A DNA stretch of 64,000 bases from Macrostomum lignano (Eukaryota): NCBI GenBank assembly GCA_002269645.1, contig NIVC01000099.1, positions 558,001-622,000 of the forward strand. Direction: 5' to 3'. The number at the start of each line of letters is the position of its first letter. Position 1 is the stretch's first letter. Below are positions 62,501 to 64,000 of this stretch, one piece after another. Made by a program: the position numbers and the translations under genes. Under the pieces are notes generated by a model that saw only the letters and a program-made list of their open reading frames with translations, was not told the DNA's origin and searched no databases.

Positions 62501-64000
62501 CTAACGCAACATACCGGATAAAGTTTGGGAATATGACTGTTACAAAAAATCTTTCGGTGGAACCAGTCTGGCTGCCAATACGATGCTACCGGGATCTTTT
62601 ACTGGAACCAGAGCTTGTGGAATTAACTTGTTGGAACTTGGTTTCTGCGAGGAATGTATCTAACGCCACTGTTCATTGCCAGGAAGCTGTGAATGGTCTT
62701 GCCTGGTCGGGGCCTCTGGCTCTTCGGCGAGCAGAAGCCGGTTTTTATGTATTATCCGTGTTGTCCGGATCCTCTCTTCGGACTGGCATTGACTGCGGGG
62801 ATGGTCGAATTCAATATCCTCCGAACGCGACAGGAAATATTTCTGTTCAGTATCCATCTGTAGGAAATTTTACCACCACCGTGTCTGTTTGGAATGACGT
62901 CAGCAATAAGTCTGTCACTTTTGGTCCGATTGTTGTGCAGGAGGCTGTTCGAGGCCTAGTCCTAGAGTACAACTCCACCGTGCTTTACACACCCGCGGAG
63001 GTGCAGTTTCGTTTATCCAGCTCAGAGGTAGATTTGAACAACCTACACTGCGTGTTCAGCTGGGCCCAGTTCGGCTCTCGATACTTGTATGTGAGCAGCT
63101 TAAGCACTGTTGGCGAAGTGACACTTGCTCAAGTATTCACTAGAGCTGCATTGGGAGTGAGAAACTTCAGTCTGAACTGCTCTAATCTGATCTCATTTCA
63201 AAGCATTCCGATCACAGTTGACATTGTCCTTGACGCTGTGATCATCGGCAGCTTCCGAACCAATGGAACTACTTTGCTCTCCAACGCGACATACTTTTTT
63301 CTTAATATCACTCGCTTCGGCACAAACGGCTGCTTTGTGGTTGACTTTGGAGACTCAACAAATATCAGCTTTGGCGTGCCTGCATTATGCCAGCCGTACT
63401 CAGCATCACGTGGAATCAATTTCACTGCTATCTCCTATGAGAACATGTCGATCTCTTTCAGTCACATTTACCCACACCTCGGTGGGTTTTCTGCTACCGT
63501 GTTCGCCTTTAATCACGTGAGCAATGACACAGCCGAGACTCTGGCGACTATCATGGACTGGATGTGCGAGGCCCCACAGCTAAACTTCTCGCATTTCGGC
63601 GTCCAACTGGCCCAGTGGGACCCCAGCATGCCTTTGCAACAAATGAGATCGCAAGAAGTTCTAGTTAGCGGATTGCCTGAGCTGAACTGTTCGAAAACCG
63701 GTGCTACAGTGCGACGATGGCGAGTGGAAACTGTGACTGGCACCGTGACGAATCTCAGCTTCCCGGACTTACTCAGCTTTCGACTTCCGCCGCGCTCCCT
63801 CTGGTACGGCCTGTATAAGGTTGTGTTGAACTTGTCCATGGCGGAAGTGACACCTCCGGTTTCTGCAGAGTTTGCTTTCTATTTAAACATAACAAAAACA
63901 CCGATAAGCGTCAACTTTAGCAGCAGTTCACCTGTGTCTGTGGCTTATAATCGAACTGTTAGATTTGAACTGGACGCGCGTGATTGGGATGTAGAGGCCG
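17168..64000 (+). CDS. Giant multi-exon polycystin-1 (PKD1/REJ)-like gene, ectodomain portion, partial at both ends
   Basis: Dozens of GT-AG exons. I checked phase compatibility by hand for runs such as 17168-17517, 18458-18611, 18710-18924, 21302-21431, 22706-22880, 23665-23888, 24987-25241, 25342-25464, 26281-26412, 26505-26591, 26672-26905, 27960-28187, 28288-28463, 29316-29646, 29724-29806, 29907-30047, 30172-30322, 30405-30623 and 31011-31150. Domains are F5/8C, CTLD, kringle-like, F-type lectin-like, FReD, EB/EGF, PKD and REJ. Some exons were not resolved. Confidence 0.8.
18192..18311. repeat. 9-bp tandem repeat (CATACTAGA)n
   Basis: Direct reading. Confidence 0.9.
19276..20005. repeat. 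Perfect 15-bp tandem repeat (AGACCACTGCATGTC), about 49 copies
   Basis: Direct reading; no variant units seen. Confidence 0.97.
20195..21195. repeat. 33-bp minisatellite (GCGCGCTTGTGTCACTGACAGCTGTTTATAAAT), about 30 copies
   Basis: Direct reading. Confidence 0.95.
22706..23888 (+). CDS. C-type lectin domain 1 (exons 22706-22880 and 23665-23888)
   Basis: CPPGW...FCW...W.EADQFC, then YHVGLRR...KWLWSDG...DCAAL...VPCTSKLHFICQL; phase 2 joins correctly. Confidence 0.9.
24015..24910. repeat. 16-bp minisatellite (CCGACACTTCATATCT), about 55 copies
   Basis: Direct reading. Confidence 0.95.
26281..26591 (+). CDS. Kringle-like segment (exons 26281-26412 and 26505-26591)
   Basis: Reads C...DY...YGVTMTQSGRACQAW, matching the kringle pattern Y.G....T.SG..CQ.W. 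The second half is degenerate. Confidence 0.6.
26958..27245 (+). mobile_element. tRNA-derived SINE, copy 1
   Basis: A/B-box-like head; central GTGTCCTTGAGCAAGACACTTAAC...CCCAGCTGTAAAATGGG segment resembling conserved SINE core domains; shared with three other copies. Confidence 0.85.
27960..28187 (+). CDS. Exon, F-type lectin (fucolectin)-like domain
   Basis: LNNFTVKV...LCY...FWCERPIAGRYVAF...LSITTLQL; a similar exon lies at 42168-42401. Confidence 0.6.
28508..28973. mobile_element. MITE-like element with about 70-bp imperfect terminal inverted repeats
   Basis: Left end GACAACTTAATCACTCAGGACGGTAAACTCGAAAATCATGGCG matches the reverse complement of the right end. No clear TSD; superfamily undetermined. 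Confidence 0.75.
30648..30912 (+). mobile_element. tRNA-derived SINE, copy 2
   Basis: A box TAGCCTAGTGG and B box GGTTCGATTCC; same body as the other copies; short AATAACG tail. Confidence 0.9.
31278..31558. mobile_element. MITE-like element, possibly hAT
   Basis: TIR TAGGAGCGTCGCCA / TGGCGACGCCCCTG (12 of 14 match); flanks TGCCCACT and TGCCCTCC may be a decayed 8-bp TSD. Confidence 0.55.
33004..33369 (+). CDS. Exon, F5/8 type C-like domain
   Basis: DWLSLYLPHTYALTGLLIRGG...VTSFQVFYSAD; ag acceptor and gtaagt donor. Confidence 0.75.
35000..40423 (+). CDS. C-type lectin domain 2, split by the intron holding the Ngaro element (exons 35000-35298 and 40212-40423)
   Basis: CPPGFVPMGDTCLHL...ARRVC, then TG|G joins to WVDYLIHVGIVRSGSVWQWLDG...HWKLGQP...FACQL (phase 2). 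Confidence 0.85.
36145..37124 (-). CDS. Ngaro ORF3: tyrosine recombinase with one in-frame TGA at 36507-36505
   Basis: Motifs WGMFRRS (R), GKTNQ (K), HPLCPV, HSLRRGGAT (H-x-x-R), GDW.S..V..YL (W, Y). The two track ORFs lie in the same frame, separated by E-TGA-HPLCP. Confidence 0.88.
36924..38855 (-). CDS. Ngaro ORF2: reverse transcriptase + RNase H (in the -1 frame relative to gag)
   Basis: SALGAIPK...RLIHDCS, DLSQAY, LPFG, YMDD, FLG; RNase H motifs TDSS, NYKE, CDN, HVPG...ADAGSR. The track start at 38837 is GTG, and the frame stays open back to the slippery site. Confidence 0.93.
   Translation of the reverse strand, partial: KKLACEVGAQDSMSAVGSPSCAPTGELPLCDPSSTELSSDLVFAVWREELAGTEMPEDRVRFVLDGVKNGFRITNKVMDCKNHTEMANHRSATIHQQAVEAQVRQELKQDRYRRCQAGNRPLIVSALGAIPKADSSSIRLIHDCSLPTGASVNDFFESKRKLRFTSASNFASKLYSGAYMCKVDLSQAYRSCGVHPDDHRVTGMKIQLQGEGQPVYLYDTRLPFGASASVFCFYELSQAVRFMMLKHGFYAMEAYMDDFAFCGDLESCWKFYNHLIDLLERLGFTVNRSKCVPPTTRMTFLGILFDSVAGQMSLPAEKVQDLLHVLSLCSSKKRLSKSCLQKLIGKLNWASQVVRHGRVFLRPLIDIVNKLHRPHDRVLVSPSVVHHLSWWRLALQHRIGVGLWTSPRACVAIETDSSSSGAAAVLRDGDGIRDWCFIDWQIDANGVFQNYCINYKEAVVILLAVLRWGQSLAGCRLAVYCDNETACWILRRGVSKDSRLMWLLQSVALLCLRFDIEFEVFHVPGAYQLFADAGSRLHSRHELLNFIFRVYGSVPVCPVEFSDHAFSVFASRFLFSQAASLQRRPSAPPPPASSPQHTHRSHAGRSHRPSGPGTASATRTGPTRLDLTGRCYSTTWLTWSNAA
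38846..39937 (-). CDS. Ngaro ORF1 (gag-like): N-terminal SAP-like motif, coiled coil, C-terminal CCCH/CCH zinc fingers
   Basis: Real ATG at 39937; ALREALSERGLPTNGNKQELTSRL; CFDFNSLSGCNRTHCRFAHQCRRCSQPH. Confidence 0.88.
   Translation of the reverse strand: MADSLVLPATNKALREALSERGLPTNGNKQELTSRLKLSIAKELERQALEQDRGSSRRAQDDKTSPTNAGAPELSLAPPEDEMLPAVGASAEGRAATGGGLEDQLRETELRIRLLDLEKREAQLEAELAEARHSGTAAARERDQTPGEWHDLVGECILGQAGAATSHAQAPAVYRVVDFISERKRRQGSQSVVGAARPERLRHVSPESLSFGDFISGSCNLLVQMLRDGKLLRIVDGRIDSSELIDHLRHNARIGDLLDLGFDRTKVMRYDDECRLLQHDGTRWSAVSADLGLVATHLMAPTKMINATAPKKRTQPPVCFDFNSLSGCNRTHCRFAHQCRRCSQPHSEARAHADGDPGQFSKN
43556..44214 (-). mobile_element. Solo LTR 1 (intronic)
   Basis: TGTGACGT...ACGTCACA termini. 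One end shares an identical 20 bp with solo LTR 2. CCAAT and AATAAA occur on the minus strand. No matching TSD. Confidence 0.7.
46936..47287. repeat. 25-bp minisatellite (GGGATTTCTATAGTTTGGGATGCCC)
   Basis: Direct reading; starts right after an exon donor. Confidence 0.9.
48604..49735. repeat. 32-bp minisatellite (ATGCAGATCAGCTAGATATGCATGCATGTCTC), about 35 copies
   Basis: Direct reading. Confidence 0.95.
49930..50759 (+). CDS. C-type lectin domain 3 (exons 49930-50137 and 50524-50759)
   Basis: CPTNSLRHGRFCYW...AQSIC, then NNWAS...GDCLV...QWRTVPCD...PFLCEL; phase 2 joins. Confidence 0.85.
51999..52624 (+). CDS. Exon with F5/8 type C C-terminus and another F5/8C-like repeat
   Basis: PIVGRSFRLYP...KLELFGC and VKYLELTPRHYYGDARLQFAVLAFP; gtgagt donor. 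Confidence 0.75.
53325..53860 (-). mobile_element. Possible decayed gag-like retroelement fragment
   Basis: GC-rich intronic block with a knuckle-like C..C..GHFICEC peptide on the minus strand; ends undefined. Confidence 0.35.
53904..54669 (+). CDS. C-type lectin domain 4 (exons 53904-54096 and 54431-54669)
   Basis: CPVNFYYYEGAC...AEAYC, then GQWV...WSHWAPSQP...CAT...WTSVDCDS...VICQI; phase 2 joins. Confidence 0.85.
54826..55362. repeat. GA-rich low-complexity tract (AGAGG-like)
   Basis: Almost pure purine on the + strand. Confidence 0.95.
56023..56300 (-). mobile_element. tRNA-derived SINE, copy 3
   Basis: Reverse complement of the same family. Confidence 0.88.
56298..56455 (-). repeat. 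16-bp tandem repeat derived from the SINE 5' head
   Basis: The unit reverse complement GGGGTTGTAGCTTAGA matches the SINE start GGGGTTGTAGCCTAGT. Confidence 0.8.
57078..57386. mobile_element. TTAA-flanked MITE (piggyBac- or Kolobok-like)
   Basis: TTAA at 57074-57077 and 57387-57390; perfect 14-bp TIR CAGTAGAAAGACCA; subterminal GGGG.TGTATT..AAATAC inverted match. Confidence 0.75.
57844..58413 (+). CDS. Exon, fibrinogen C-terminal (FReD)-like domain
   Basis: WMIVYRN...YQAGF...WPGLQVLSDLT...LRFD.W..DG...STFSNFD...CASAGGSGWWY..GC; phase 1-1 exon. Confidence 0.85.
58492..58635 (+). CDS. Exon, EGF/EB-module-like Cys-rich repeat
   Basis: IGEACNADASC...TVC...RCSCRKGFVRVGVEC. Confidence 0.7.
59563..59846 (+). 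mobile_element. tRNA-derived SINE, copy 4
   Basis: Same family; B box GGTTCGATTCT. Confidence 0.88.
59924..61009 (+). CDS. Large exon (362 codons) ending in a PKD-like domain
   Basis: Open frame with many N-x-S/T sites; ends GRFNFTCIVGNAAG...; gtgagt donor at 61010. Confidence 0.8.
61103..61480 (+). CDS. PKD-repeat exon, 5' part (upstream of the solo LTR)
   Basis: ttctag acceptor, phase 0; reads NVTCWNQLS...SVTTGSHVTYQINLGNG...ILAWK. Confidence 0.85.
61482..62285 (-). mobile_element. Solo LTR 2 (804 bp) inserted in a coding exon
   Basis: TG...CA termini (TGTCACGTT/AACGTCACA); perfect 5-bp TSD GAAAG at 61477-61481 and 62286-62290; CCAAT and AATAAA on the minus strand. Confidence 0.92.
62287..64000 (+). 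CDS. PKD repeats and start of the REJ domain (exon 3' part; runs off the window)
   Basis: Hand translation gives about 571 stop-free codons: YESPGLYVITNVASN, YPSVGNFTTTVSVWNDVS, VVDFGDS, YPHLGGFSATVFAFNHVS, then REJ-like CEAPQL...LNCSKT...FRLPPRSLWYGLYKVVLNLSM. This frame is not in the ORF track. Confidence 0.88.

Overview
Intron-rich animal genomic DNA; the host cannot be determined from the sequence. Bases 1-16381 are a head-to-tail array of non-autonomous Helitron-like elements (5'-TC ... GC hairpin + CTAG-3'). They are filled with 23-bp and 18-bp minisatellites and TTAGGG tracts, and one copy carries a nested, internally deleted piggyBac. From about 17168 to beyond the window end, the + strand carries many exons of a giant polycystin-1 (PKD1/REJ)-like gene with a mosaic ectodomain: F5/8-type C, C-type lectin, kringle-like, F-type lectin-like, fibrinogen C-terminal, EGF/EB-like, PKD and REJ. 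Its introns hold six unrelated minisatellites, four tRNA-derived SINEs, several MITEs, a solo LTR and a nearly intact 4.5-kb Ngaro-type tyrosine-recombinase retrotransposon with split direct repeats. The main observations are three. (1) A second solo LTR sits inside the PKD exon, and its ends plus the target-site duplication create an in-frame GT...AG intron. (2) The Ngaro gag/RT junction has a canonical A_AAA_AAC -1 frameshift site followed by a predicted three-stem pseudoknot. (3) The Helitron array has a higher-order A1-A2-B structure. All calls come from manual reading; no database searches or folding programs were run.
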